From: a virus
Lineage: Duplodnaviria > Caudoviricetes
Length of the DNA stretch: 58,218 nucleotides
Strand: one strand, 5' to 3'
IMG/VR virus record: IMGVR_UViG_3300043538_000065
Coordinates: 1-58,218 of that record
In this document: piece after piece, positions 7,322 to 16,922 of the stretch
Numbering within the stretch: position 1 is the first letter of the stretch
Layout: every line of letters starts with the position of its first letter
The notes under the pieces: model-generated
What the model was told of the DNA's origin: nothing
Seen by the model: the letters and a program-made list of their open reading frames with translations, nothing else
Database searches by the model: none
Made by a program: the position numbers and the translations under genes

Positions 7322-9640
7322 TCACGGAAGTTCGTAAGTTATCGTGCAGGTGACAACATATCCGTTTACCCACCATGAACCAGCAGCGGCGTCCCTCGTC
7401 GAAAATGTGCTTCCTCCGCCACCTGCAAAAGAAGCCCCGCTCTTTCCCGTCACAGAGGATTCAAAACAAATACCTGCATTCAGAGCAGATGCTGAAGCTG
7501 CTGGCAGCGTGGCTATAAGTGCACCTGACCAGCTACCGATCGCCGTGATCGCGACAGTGGTCTCCGCAACCATGGTCTTCCCAATCTGCTTAGAGCGGCC
7601 TGTAGCAGCGACACTGCAAGCGCCACATGATCCGCCGCCGCCCGTGACCGCCGGCGAGTAAGCTGTCCATGCGGTGCCTTCATAGGCGTGGACGTGATCA
7701 GCGCGAGCATATCGCGTCGAAGTACCGACCGCCGCGGTGTTTGTGACCGCCGCAGGGGTTGCCGCCGCCGACTGGCCCAACACAAATGCTGTAGAAGCTA
7801 TTTGCGTCGTATTGGTATCAACGGCCGCCGTCGTCGTCGTCGGCGCACCGCCGAGCGCTGGCGAGTTGGCAAACACGGCGGGACCGCTACCGGTTTCGTC
7901 AGTAAGGCAGCTTGCTAGGTTGGCGCTCGATGACGTTCCAAGCCATGTCGAACAGCCGGCGGCAATACCCGTGATGCTGCCTATCGCCGGCGTGATAGTG
8001 ACGTTCGCAGCTGCCGTGAGTTGGCCCTGCGCGTTGACGGTAAACGTGCCAACCTGCGTAGCGGAGCCATAAGAGCCGGCGGTTACCCCGGTATTTGAAA
8101 GCGAACCACTTACGATGTTCGAGAGCGTGTTCGTCGATCCGCTGATCGACTTGTTCGTCAGCGTGTCAGGGGTCGATCTAGCGACGAACGTATCGGTTGC
8201 CGCCGGCAGCGTCATAACATTGGAGCCGGATACAGCCGGAGCCGCGACCTTCACCGCTCCTGAGGTTGTGCCAAAAAACGAGACGCCGGAATTCTCGAAA
8301 CGGTTGATCTCGACAAGAGGAGTTGTGCCCGGCTTTACAGCCCTGAGGCTTATGAAGCCGCCGTGATCGGTGTTGGTTTGGCCATTGGCGGTGAGCAGAT
8401 CAATTGCTGCGTTGATCCCATAAGCTAGGGTGCTGTCGTAAGACGCGCCTGCGATCGTTTTAATGTACGCAGACGAAGTTACGGGCAGCGGCGTCGTGGC
8501 GGTCCCGAAAGCGAACCGGGATAGATCGAAGCAAAAAGCGGGGAACGTTCCGTAGGCATCGCAAGCCACGCCGGCAGTGGCGTTGTTGGCTCCTACAGTA
8601 TGAAACTGCGCCGAGAACGGAAGCGCGGCGGAAGCTGCGGTGTTGGCGTTGCCGGTGAAGTACGCATCGGCCGGAAGCGGCGCGCCGGCCGCAAGTCCGT
8701 TGACGCCGGAGAACAGGCCATCGCAAAGCCCCCAAGTGTCGGAGAAACTACCGGGGATGCTGCCTGGCAGGCTCGAGCAACCAAGGCCAGAGGTGTCGAT
8801 CTTGCCGAAGTTATGAGCGAGCCATTTGGGACCGGTCGCGGCGCCGCTGAAACTGACACCACCTCCGATAACTATCTTGCCGTCATAGGCCGCGCCGGCA
8901 AAATACGCAGAAAATGCCGGCGTTCCGGTCAACGTGATCACGGCGCTGTTGAGCACTTCGATAAGGGCGCCGGTGTTGGCGTGCCAGTGAGATTCCCCGC
9001 CGCCCGATATCTTATAGTTGCCGGTGATGTGCACGCGTCCACCGTTGACCGCGGTGATGTGCTGTCCCGTGGAGCCGGAAAACTCTACGTTCGAGATCGA
9101 GATATCGCCGCCGTCGTAGGCAACCACCTGTCCAAACGACGCTGCAGTGATGAACTTGATTCCGCTGATCGTGACATAAGCGTTCTTGATCTTGATCGCG
9201 TTGTTGCCGGTGACGTTGATCACCACGTTGGACGGCGTGGTGTTGTTGCCGACAATCGCTACGGGCCCAGCCCCGGCCCAGGTTCCTGCGGCCAATAAGC
9301 CGGCGCTATAGGTTCCGTCGGCGACCTGGATGGCAGCGCCGCCAAGCCCGTAATTGGAGACCGCCGCCTTGTTCCAGGCGCCCTGCAGCGTCTTGCATGC
9401 TGCGCCAGCACTGAGGCAGCTGTTGGCATCGTTCGGCGCGCTGGCGTTGACGTAATAGGTGGTGAGAACGCCGAGCTGCGCAAGTTGCGAAATCGTCGTT
9501 GGCGACGCCGGGCCCCGCGATGCGTTCGGTTGGCCCCACAACTGGCCGCTGTCGAGTTGCCCGACGCCTTGCGCAAGCGCAGCCGCGGTGAACAGGCAAC
9601 CGAGAACGGCCCCCGCGAATAATGATTTGAGTTTCATCAT
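7322..9640 (-). CDS. Tail fibre/tailspike-like protein with beta-helix-like region
   Basis: G/A/T/S-rich; TQIASTAFV and ARADHVH fibre motifs; position after baseplate. Confidence 0.8.
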   Translation of the reverse strand: MMKLKSLFAGAVLGCLFTAAALAQGVGQLDSGQLWGQPNASRGPASPTTISQLAQLGVLTTYYVNASAPNDANSCLSAGAACKTLQGAWNKAAVSNYGLGGAAIQVADGTYSAGLLAAGTWAGAGPVAIVGNNTTPSNVVINVTGNNAIKIKNAYVTISGIKFITAASFGQVVAYDGGDISISNVEFSGSTGQHITAVNGGRVHITGNYKISGGGESHWHANTGALIEVLNSAVITLTGTPAFSAYFAGAAYDGKIVIGGGVSFSGAATGPKWLAHNFGKIDTSGLGCSSLPGSIPGSFSDTWGLCDGLFSGVNGLAAGAPLPADAYFTGNANTAASAALPFSAQFHTVGANNATAGVACDAYGTFPAFCFDLSRFAFGTATTPLPVTSSAYIKTIAGASYDSTLAYGINAAIDLLTANGQTNTDHGGFISLRAVKPGTTPLVEINRFENSGVSFFGTTSGAVKVAAPAVSGSNVMTLPAATDTFVARSTPDTLTNKSISGSTNTLSNIVSGSLSNTGVTAGSYGSATQVGTFTVNAQGQLTAAANVTITPAIGSITGIAAGCSTWLGTSSSANLASCLTDETGSGPAVFANSPALGGAPTTTTAAVDTNTTQIASTAFVLGQSAAATPAAVTNTAAVGTSTRYARADHVHAYEGTAWTAYSPAVTGGGGSCGACSVAATGRSKQIGKTMVAETTVAITAIGSWSGALIATLPAASASALNAGICFESSVTGKSGASFAGGGGSTFSTRDAAAGSWWVNGYVVTCTITYELP

Positions 9641-10194
9641 GGTAGGATCACGTATTTGCCGTTTGCGGGATAAAGCTTGAAACCGCCGTAGTTGGCGTTG
9701 ATCGGAAGGTACGGAAGACCCTCAACTGTCTCGACGCCGTTCGGGTTGATCCGGATGTTGTTGATCGCAGCAGTCGCTACATCCTTAATCGCCAGCGGCG
9801 GATCATCGAGCGCCGCACGATCTGCAGCAGGCTGTAGGTTGATCACTACTGGACCACCGGATGAATCGACGAAGATGACCGTGTCGCTCGACAGCACCGT
9901 GTAAGGCGATTGCGCAATTCCGATCAACGTTGGCGCGACTGTTAGCCGCGATGCCGCCACCACCGCATGCACGGCTTCCATGGTCGCGAGCCGCCGCGAA
10001 GTATCATCGGTCGCCGGCGTCGGCGCCGTCGGCGCGTTGACAAATTCCGGACTGTCGAGCGGCGCGGCGCCAACAACCTCGTGGGCGTCATCGCCGTTCC
10101 AATCGGAGGGCAGCAGCTCGCCCGCCGCGGCGGCTTCCTCGCTATCTTCAAGGTCGACGTGCCGCGTGTGGCGGACGATAATCGAGCCGGCCAT
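9637..10194 (-). CDS. Tail fibre-associated adaptor protein
   Basis: APLDSPEF..APTAPT...LAT fibre motif; ATGA coupling. Confidence 0.7.
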   Translation of the reverse strand: MAGSIIVRHTRHVDLEDSEEAAAAGELLPSDWNGDDAHEVVGAAPLDSPEFVNAPTAPTPATDDTSRRLATMEAVHAVVAASRLTVAPTLIGIAQSPYTVLSSDTVIFVDSSGGPVVINLQPAADRAALDDPPLAIKDVATAAINNIRINPNGVETVEGLPYLPINANYGGFKLYPANGKYVILP

Positions 10195-10211
10195 GGTTTA
10201 TAAAATCCGAT

Positions 10212-11381
10212 TCAGTATTTGATCGCGCGGCGACCGAACGAGATCGGGTTGAGCACCGGAAATGCGGTGCCTGAGCCCATATTGCCCGTCGTGCCTCCGC
10301 CCGTGGCGCTGGTGCCCGTCGTGCCTCCGCCCGTCGTGCCTCCGCCCGTCGTGCCTCCGCCCGTCGTGCCTCCGCCCGTCGTGCCTCCGCCCGTCGTGCC
10401 TCCGCCCGTCGTGCCAAGAACGCTGATTGTCGCGCTGTCCAGCGCCAGCGAGAACAAGCCGCCGTTATTACTGCCCTGAGAGATTTTGGTAGGGACTGCA
10501 GATCCGGTTTGCGCAAACCCCTGAACCGGCACAGAAAGCGCGTTCTGATTGAAACTGGCCGAGACCGATAGCGACGGAATGCTGAGGCCCGGAATGCTGA
10601 GGCCCGGAATGCTGAGGCCAGCAACGCTGAGGCCAGGAACGCTGAGGCCCGGAACGCTGAGGCCAGGAATGCTGAGGCCAGGGACACTTAGCCCGCTTGC
10701 AGGAAGATAAGTCGTGGAGATGCTCCGATTCTGCGAGCCGCACAGCCCAACGCCGGTCGCATCGCAGCCGCTGCCCGCAACCGTGATGCGGTTGGCCGCG
10801 CCGTTCAGCCCCTGCGTATCGAGCGCGCCGAACACGGTGCCTCGCGAATCGGGCAATCCAAACAGGGTCGATCCGTCGCAAACGCCATAGGTCGTGCCGA
10901 TCACGGCAAATAAAGCCGCGAAGGTGGCGCGCGACACGCAACTACCATCCTCGATCATCGCGCCACGCGGCGTCGCAGCGCCTCGAAACTCGACGGTGCG
11001 GCCGATCGGTGTCATGTCGACCGGACCTAGAATTTCGAATGTCGACCCGTTGTACATGATGGTGGTCGTGACGCCGGCCTGCAGTTCGCCGCCAGACAGT
11101 GCAACAAGTCCGATGCTGGACGGCCGCCGCACCGCAGCCGTAAAGGACGCGTTAATTCTGATGGTCGCGGGCCCGTTATTGTCGACAATCGGAACATATC
11201 GCAGCGGGACGCCCAGCACGTCGCTGAAGGTTTGCACATTGGAGATAATGATCGTCTGTGCATTTGCGCTGCCACCGACCGCTTCGGCCCATGTGCTTTG
11301 CGCCTCGAACGCAACGGCTGGTAGGGTCGAAACGATAAGCGCCAGCAGCAAACCGACGAAGGCGTTAAGTGACTTTTTCAT
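10212..11381 (-). CDS. Tail collar domain fibre protein
   Basis: PIG...DGSCVSRATFAALFAVIGTTYG.CDGSTLFGLPDSRG collar motif. Confidence 0.85.
   Translation of the reverse strand: MKKSLNAFVGLLLALIVSTLPAVAFEAQSTWAEAVGGSANAQTIIISNVQTFSDVLGVPLRYVPIVDNNGPATIRINASFTAAVRRPSSIGLVALSGGELQAGVTTTIMYNGSTFEILGPVDMTPIGRTVEFRGAATPRGAMIEDGSCVSRATFAALFAVIGTTYGVCDGSTLFGLPDSRGTVFGALDTQGLNGAANRITVAGSGCDATGVGLCGSQNRSISTTYLPASGLSVPGLSIPGLSVPGLSVPGLSVAGLSIPGLSIPGLSIPSLSVSASFNQNALSVPVQGFAQTGSAVPTKISQGSNNGGLFSLALDSATISVLGTTGGGTTGGGTTGGGTTGGGTTGGGTTGGGTTGTSATGGGTTGNMGSGTAFPVLNPISFGRRAIKY
10314..10415. repeat. Perfect 15-bp tandem repeat GCCCGTCGTGCCTCC, six copies plus partial (GGGTT)
   Basis: Directly visible; extra unit at 10284-10298. 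Confidence 0.97.
10576..10695. repeat. Degenerate 15-bp tandem repeat, about eight copies (PGLS[IV])
   Basis: GGAA(T/C)GCTGAGGCC(C/A) units. Confidence 0.95.
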
Positions 11382-12247
11382 GAACGGCTCCAGATGCGAA
11401 TAGTCCCATCGGTGTAAAATCGGAACGTGGTGCTTTGAAAGTTTTGGTTCATATGATAGAGCGCCGCCTGCCCGATGCTCTCGCCCGCCGGGGCATAGAC
11501 ATCGACCGGACAATCGTGCATGTTGCCGGCGACATCCTCGATGATGATGGTCTGACCGCTGCCGGCGCCTGCCGGAAGGTTGATGTTTTGCGGCGCAGGC
11601 GACACCGTTCGGAACAGCGCGATTGCGCGGTGCTGCAAGGTGAGATTTAAGACAGCGCTTGAAGTCACCAATAGCGAGGCGTTGCTGAACGCCGCCGGCA
11701 TATCGAGCTGGAATGAGGCGCCGTCATAGTCGAAGGTGTGTATCGCGCCGCCGAGCATATCCCTGCGCTGTAGCGGCGCGCCCCCCTTGCGAACGATCGG
11801 CCTCGTACCAAGCCCATTGCAGTTGATGGTCGCCGGCGCACCGGCGCCATCATGCGCCACGAGTACCTTCAGCGAAGTTCCCACCTTGTATTCGGCAAGC
11901 GCCGGCGTCATCGCCACCACCAGCGCATCAGCCGCTCCGCTATCGACCGCGAACCTCGCCTGCCCGCGCTGGATCAGGTGCTGGATCGCCTTCAGCGCCA
12001 TGGTGTCGTCGGAATTATCTTCCGTCACGACGTTGGACAGCGCCGCGGTCTGTCCGTTGCCGCGCACCAACGCGCGATACTGGGCCAGCATCCCGTTCAT
12101 GAAGCCGGCGCTGATGCCGGTGCCGTCGCCAGCCCCTGGCGAAGAGCAATCCTTGCCCCACGTGTCTACACCTCCGAACACGCGGCTGTCGGCGGGGCGC
12201 GTGATGACGACGTTCGGCGCGTTGTTGCCGTATCCGGCGAGGTCCAT
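11378..12247 (-). CDS. Baseplate-proximal tail fibre protein
   Basis: Follows gp48-like gene; FAVDSGAADAL, TINCNGLG fibre motifs. Confidence 0.8.
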   Translation of the reverse strand: MDLAGYGNNAPNVVITRPADSRVFGGVDTWGKDCSSPGAGDGTGISAGFMNGMLAQYRALVRGNGQTAALSNVVTEDNSDDTMALKAIQHLIQRGQARFAVDSGAADALVVAMTPALAEYKVGTSLKVLVAHDGAGAPATINCNGLGTRPIVRKGGAPLQRRDMLGGAIHTFDYDGASFQLDMPAAFSNASLLVTSSAVLNLTLQHRAIALFRTVSPAPQNINLPAGAGSGQTIIIEDVAGNMHDCPVDVYAPAGESIGQAALYHMNQNFQSTTFRFYTDGTIRIWSRS

Positions 12248-12258
12248 GGAGTAATCCT

Positions 12259-12957
12259 TCAGGCGGTTAGATAGACGACAGCGACGTGGGCGTGCACGAT
12301 GCGATCCAACAGGCACACCAGGGGCGAGAAATCAGGCTCGCAGTTCAGCGTGTTGCCGAGCTGGAACGCGCCAAGCTGCGGCCGCGTCTCGTTTTGCCCC
12401 TGAAACGCCGGACTGTTATCGAGGTCGACGATGATACGGATCGTTGCCGCACCGCCCTCGCCTCCAAGCCCGACGTTACCCAGCTGGAATGACCCGAATT
12501 GAAAGCATATCGCCGAAAACAGCGGCTCGCAGTTAATCAACCAACCGGCGCGCGCTGCAACTTCCCTATAATAGACGCAGTCGGTTCCACCGAGCGCGGA
12601 CACCTTGGCGCAGAGATCTGGAAACGGGTCGCAGGCATCGGGCAGGCCATACTCTTCAAGCCACAGATCGCGCGTTTGGCTTTGCGTTGCGCACCAAAAC
12701 TCCAGCCGCAGCGCGCACAACAGTTGAGTCAATTGAAAGAAGAAATCTGCTACCGCAGACCAAAACGCGTGCATCACCGTGAGCGGCCGATCCAGCGTCT
12801 GGAATAGGCCAGGCTGCGCAAAGCCAGGCTGCGCCATCGTCGCGGTGAACGCCTGCCCCGCCGGATCGTTACTCTGCCAGGCGTTGCCGCGCGGCAGCAG
12901 TATCAAGATCTGCCTAAATATCTGCAGCTTGCTCGGACAGCGAAATGCAGTGCTCAC
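12259..12957 (-). CDS. Mu gp48/YmfQ (DUF2313)-like baseplate protein
   Basis: LLPRGNAW, W.EEYGLPD.C, HAH motifs. Confidence 0.85.
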   Translation of the reverse strand: MSTAFRCPSKLQIFRQILILLPRGNAWQSNDPAGQAFTATMAQPGFAQPGLFQTLDRPLTVMHAFWSAVADFFFQLTQLLCALRLEFWCATQSQTRDLWLEEYGLPDACDPFPDLCAKVSALGGTDCVYYREVAARAGWLINCEPLFSAICFQFGSFQLGNVGLGGEGGAATIRIIVDLDNSPAFQGQNETRPQLGAFQLGNTLNCEPDFSPLVCLLDRIVHAHVAVVYLTA

Positions 12958-14081
12958 GTAAAGCTCACGTCACCCAGCGTGGCGATCTGCCCTGAGACCA
13001 ACGGACTGTCGGCCGGCGGCGCGAGCAGAACATGGCGCTTCTGTCCCGCCGCATTCGAGATCGCCTGCCCAATCCACTCCCGGGAGAACGATTGCGCGGT
13101 CGCCAGATACGGCATTCCGTCGTGTTCGGTATCGTTGCCCGCCACTGCCGACAACCGCCGGAACGCAGCGCCAAGTTCGGCGATGATCGCCTGCTGCACG
13201 CCCGTACTGTTCGGCGAGAGACTGTTGATGATGACCGGAACCGGCACACCGATCGGAGCCGCCACAGTAACCGCCGCGCCGGCCGGGGCCACGATGTCGA
13301 TATAATCCTGCACCCGCGCGATGTCGGCGACGGACGGAATTCCGTCGGGATAGCGGTCGTCCATCATCACGAATACGCGCACAGTCCCCGCGCCGATCCA
13401 GCGCCGCTCGACATAGACGCGGGTGACGCCCGATACCGACAATGCCCACTGTACATAATCCGCCGGCGCGCCGCCGTGTGGCGGGTTCCGCTTGCGAAAC
13501 AGGATCCTGCCGCGGAAGGTCGACAGATCGGACGTAAACGGTTCGCCATCATCTTCAATGTCGTCGCCTGCGACAATGCCATCGGACCCGACCGCCGCAG
13601 TTGCAACGCCTGTAACGCCTGACGTGATCACAAGCGGCGTTGCTGCGATGGCGTTGCCCGCCTTGCCATCCACTGAAGCGATGACGTCGACGTCGAGCGT
13701 GCCTGCGCCGGCCAGCGAGGTTGCAGCCGATGCCAGATAGCGAAAGCCATCGCCGCGGGTAAACACCGCGCCAAGGTCGACGGTGACCGCCACCGGCACC
13801 GTCAAGGTCACCTTGCCGCCGGCCGGCGACGCTGGCCGCTTGGTTAAGCCAACCTCCGCCCCGTGGAGGGCGAGGTTGTCGCCGTCCGCCGTCAACGCGA
13901 ATTTTTGCCGCGAGATGTAGTCAGCAAACCCCATGATTTCCGAGCCAACGCCGGCCATCACCTTGGCGGCGACGGCCATGTTGTTCGGCCATATCCATGC
14001 GTCGGTGCCCTTCAGATAGCTGCGCAGCGACTTGCGCGCCATCTCCGCCAGGGCGGCCAGGGTCGGAAGCGCGAAACTCAT
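12954..14081 (-). CDS. Baseplate J / Mu gp47-like wedge protein
   Basis: PPHGGAPADYVQWALSVSGVTR motif. Confidence 0.92.
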   Translation of the reverse strand: MSFALPTLAALAEMARKSLRSYLKGTDAWIWPNNMAVAAKVMAGVGSEIMGFADYISRQKFALTADGDNLALHGAEVGLTKRPASPAGGKVTLTVPVAVTVDLGAVFTRGDGFRYLASAATSLAGAGTLDVDVIASVDGKAGNAIAATPLVITSGVTGVATAAVGSDGIVAGDDIEDDGEPFTSDLSTFRGRILFRKRNPPHGGAPADYVQWALSVSGVTRVYVERRWIGAGTVRVFVMMDDRYPDGIPSVADIARVQDYIDIVAPAGAAVTVAAPIGVPVPVIINSLSPNSTGVQQAIIAELGAAFRRLSAVAGNDTEHDGMPYLATAQSFSREWIGQAISNAAGQKRHVLLAPPADSPLVSGQIATLGDVSFT

Positions 14082-14623
14082 TGCATCTGATTCCAGATAT
14101 CATCGAAGCGGCGGTCGACCGCCAGCGAACCGTTGCTGCGATACGCCTTGATCAGAAGGTCGAGACGTCCGATCGCAGGCTCCGCAATTGCTGTGACATC
14201 GATACGGGCTACAATGCGCTGGCGTATCAAGGTCTGCAGCGCATCCTTCGCAAGAGTTTCAGCCCAACGTCGGATATCTTCGGTGAGCGGCGCACGCGCC
14301 AGCACCCAGAGCAGCGACCCCATCTCGGATTCGCCAAGATCGGTCCGGATATCGACGCCGTCACCCCACCATCCACGCAAATCACCGCCGTCAACATATT
14401 TGCGCAGTGGATGATCGACCGGCATGCGCTTGTCGGTAAACAACTGGATCACGATCGCAGTTTCCATAGCGCGCGTTGCAGCTAACCCGCCGCGGTTCAA
14501 CGTCTCGGATGCCGCCGCCAGCGCCCATTCGGCAAAGCCACGCGCGGTGTCCCAGTTGCTGTCCCACAACAACTGCGGCTGCGGATCGCGGCCTTCGTTG
14601 ATCCGAATGCGCGGCGTGGTCAT
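14078..14623 (-). CDS. Mu gp46-like baseplate protein
   Basis: LFTDKR, RGWWGD, GSLLWVLAR. Confidence 0.9.
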   Translation of the reverse strand: MTTPRIRINEGRDPQPQLLWDSNWDTARGFAEWALAAASETLNRGGLAATRAMETAIVIQLFTDKRMPVDHPLRKYVDGGDLRGWWGDGVDIRTDLGESEMGSLLWVLARAPLTEDIRRWAETLAKDALQTLIRQRIVARIDVTAIAEPAIGRLDLLIKAYRSNGSLAVDRRFDDIWNQMQ

Positions 14624-15103
14624 CTAAAGCCCTGCGACCTTCGCATAAACATTGATCGAAAAACCGCCCACCGTGCGCACTTGCTGATAGGTGCCGTCCG
14701 TGCCGTCGCCGCCGAGATAGAGGTTCTGTCCGTCCGCCGGCGACACCACGATCGTGCCTTCGTTCGCCTTCACCACGATGCCGTTGCTGCCCTTGGCGAA
14801 GATGACGTTGCCGGATGCGTCATAGAGTACCGACGTGCCCGACGGCAGATTGGCTTGGCGATAATCCTTGTGCTCTCCGCCGATCGCCATCATGCGGCTT
14901 CCGCCGCCCAACGACAGCAGCAGGAAATCCGCGCCGGGAGGTGGCGACGACGCAAAACCGAAGTCCGCCATGCGAGGCACCTTGGGCGGCTGATCGGCCT
15001 TCAGCCCACTGAGAGCGAGCAACTGTCGCACGCCGGAATCATCGAGGCTGACAAGCTGCGCGCGGCGCAGCATTGACCGTACCTCATCCTCCCGCGCGTA
15101 CAT
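14624..15103 (-). CDS. Mu gp45-like baseplate spike
   Basis: DDSG..Q, FGFASSPP.GA motifs; synteny. Confidence 0.88.
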   Translation of the reverse strand: MYAREDEVRSMLRRAQLVSLDDSGVRQLLALSGLKADQPPKVPRMADFGFASSPPPGADFLLLSLGGGSRMMAIGGEHKDYRQANLPSGTSVLYDASGNVIFAKGSNGIVVKANEGTIVVSPADGQNLYLGGDGTDGTYQQVRTVGGFSINVYAKVAGL

Positions 15104-16164
15104 CACAGTGCCTCGCTCTCGTCGAGATCGTTATCCTCGCTGGAGCGGTTGCCCTTGCCCTTGTCGCCGTCATAGGCGCGCGGGTCGACCAAGCCGAGTG
15201 AGGTGATCGAACCGGATTTATTCGCTTGCGCGAACTCGACGCTTTCGATCAGCATGTCCTGCGCGATCCCGACCGTCTTGCTTTCGGTCCATATCAGCCG
15301 GCCGGGATCGAACAACAACCCCGCCTCATCGTGAAAACCCTGCACATCCACATCGCAGCGGAGCGCCTTGCCGGCGGCGCGGTCGCGGCGGGTCTCCGCA
15401 GCGCCCTTGGCAATGGCCTTGGTGGCGCTGTCGCGATGAATAATGATGCGCGGCCGAAACCGCGTGACTTTGAAGTCGTTCGCCGTCGCCTCGGTCTCAA
15501 GCGCCTCCGGCCCATCGCCGTCGTCACTCTGGCCGCGCACGATTAGCTTGGAGAACCGGTTGGTGGCGTCGTGATCGGCTTCGATCGATAAAATATTGAC
15601 TCCCTCGTAAAGGCCGCCGGCGTGGCGCGACTTGCCGGCCTTCGTTATCTTGACGTTTCCATTCGGCAAGCCCGTCAGCGTCCGGTTCTGATTGCGGCAA
15701 AACTGTTCGATCACCGAGAATACAGTTGATCCGGGGGTCAGTTGGTAACTCTCGATTTCATCAAGCGCCTGATCGGTCTCAAATTGAGCGCCTAGACCCG
15801 TAGCCAGCCTGTTGCCAATCGCGACCGGGTCGACCTTCGCAAAGGCGCCGGTCTCATGTATCGCGCTGCAGTCCACCAGGTCGCAGGATTTGGAGCGGCC
15901 GGTGATGGTGAACAGACTTGAATCGTCATCGAGCTTGACCCGGCGCCGTTCGACATAGCCGTCGAGCATCAGATCGTCGTTGGCAAAAATTTTGATCTGC
16001 GTACCCAATGCGAAGATTGCGTGTGTCGCCGACGCGCCACGCTCGGCAACCGCATTCAGGCTGAAGCTACGGCACGCCTCATCGAATGCGGCGCATACCT
16101 TTACTTGCTCCCAAGCAGTGAAGATGTCGCCACCGACTTCGACCCTGATCCGCTCCGCACCCAT
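15103..16164 (-). CDS. Mu gpP/gp44-like baseplate hub
   Basis: GRSKSCDLVDCS, LYEGVNIL, RFS...V.GQ. Confidence 0.9.
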   Translation of the reverse strand: MGAERIRVEVGGDIFTAWEQVKVCAAFDEACRSFSLNAVAERGASATHAIFALGTQIKIFANDDLMLDGYVERRRVKLDDDSSLFTITGRSKSCDLVDCSAIHETGAFAKVDPVAIGNRLATGLGAQFETDQALDEIESYQLTPGSTVFSVIEQFCRNQNRTLTGLPNGNVKITKAGKSRHAGGLYEGVNILSIEADHDATNRFSKLIVRGQSDDGDGPEALETEATANDFKVTRFRPRIIIHRDSATKAIAKGAAETRRDRAAGKALRCDVDVQGFHDEAGLLFDPGRLIWTESKTVGIAQDMLIESVEFAQANKSGSITSLGLVDPRAYDGDKGKGNRSSEDNDLDESEAL

Positions 16165-16202
16165 TCATTCCACTTCCTAAAAAAACCCTCTTACCAATGA
16201 CG

Positions 16203-16232
16203 AAGGCCGCCACTTATCGTGACGGCCCTTTT
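16203..16232. terminator. Hairpin downstream of moron gene
   Basis: AAGGCCG.CAC/GTG.CGGCCCTTTT imperfect inverted repeat. Confidence 0.45.
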
Positions 16233-16269
16233 GGGAAACCATTCTAAGATGATTTGCTCTTTCCCCCAA

Positions 16270-16758
16270 TTACTTCAGTTGAGGACACTCCCTCGAAATA
16301 TCTGCGAAGGCGAATCTTGCGCCAGACGTTTTGAACACCAACGTAATCTCGCTACCAGCGGCATCTTTCATCCGCATCGCGGTTTCGTTGCTGTCGCGGA
16401 TCGCCCTTATAAAATCGAGATCAATGTGAACGTCTATCACGCGGGGATGAATTACCTTGCCCTCCGCCTCGACGACCGACCGCTGGTCAACCCTAAACTT
16501 AAAGCTATACCACTTGCCCACTATGAAAGGGCTGGGATCACCGCCAACTCGCATTACGACAACGGTCAGTTGCCTTTGGAGACACCTGACCGCCAGTGCG
16601 GTATCCAGGACAGATGTCGCTGCTAGAAAATTGTCGCCGTCACCAAATCCGCCAGCACTTGACGACGTTGTCCAATTGCCAAGCACGCGAACACCATATT
16701 CCGCCCGCGCATCCTGCACGGCGACGATTAGCAAGGCCGCAATCAAGATTGCCTTCAT
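16270..16758 (-). CDS. Exported moron protein
   Basis: Signal peptide (ARA-E); lower GC; interrupts tail operon. Confidence 0.75.
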   Translation of the reverse strand: MKAILIAALLIVAVQDARAEYGVRVLGNWTTSSSAGGFGDGDNFLAATSVLDTALAVRCLQRQLTVVVMRVGGDPSPFIVGKWYSFKFRVDQRSVVEAEGKVIHPRVIDVHIDLDFIRAIRDSNETAMRMKDAAGSEITLVFKTSGARFAFADISRECPQLK

Positions 16759-16922
16759 TAACTCTCCCGCACCCGTGCGGGAGAGCCTGCCATGATCCTC
16801 AGGGGCGTTCTAGCGGGCGGAAGGGACAATCCCCTAAGGAATTTCCCTTCTCCCCTGGCCGAGCCGAACCATGCCGGGCCCCTAACCGAACCCAAACACC
16901 TAAAAAAACCTAAGCCTTGACC

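Noticed and set aside
10284-10695. Possible CRISPR-like array
   Set aside because: Head-to-tail 15-bp repeats without spacers, in frame within a fibre gene; no cas genes
7322-12247. Diversity-generating retroelement or invertible tail-fibre shufflon
   Set aside because: No reverse transcriptase, no TR/VR pair, no invertase or inverted crossover sites seen
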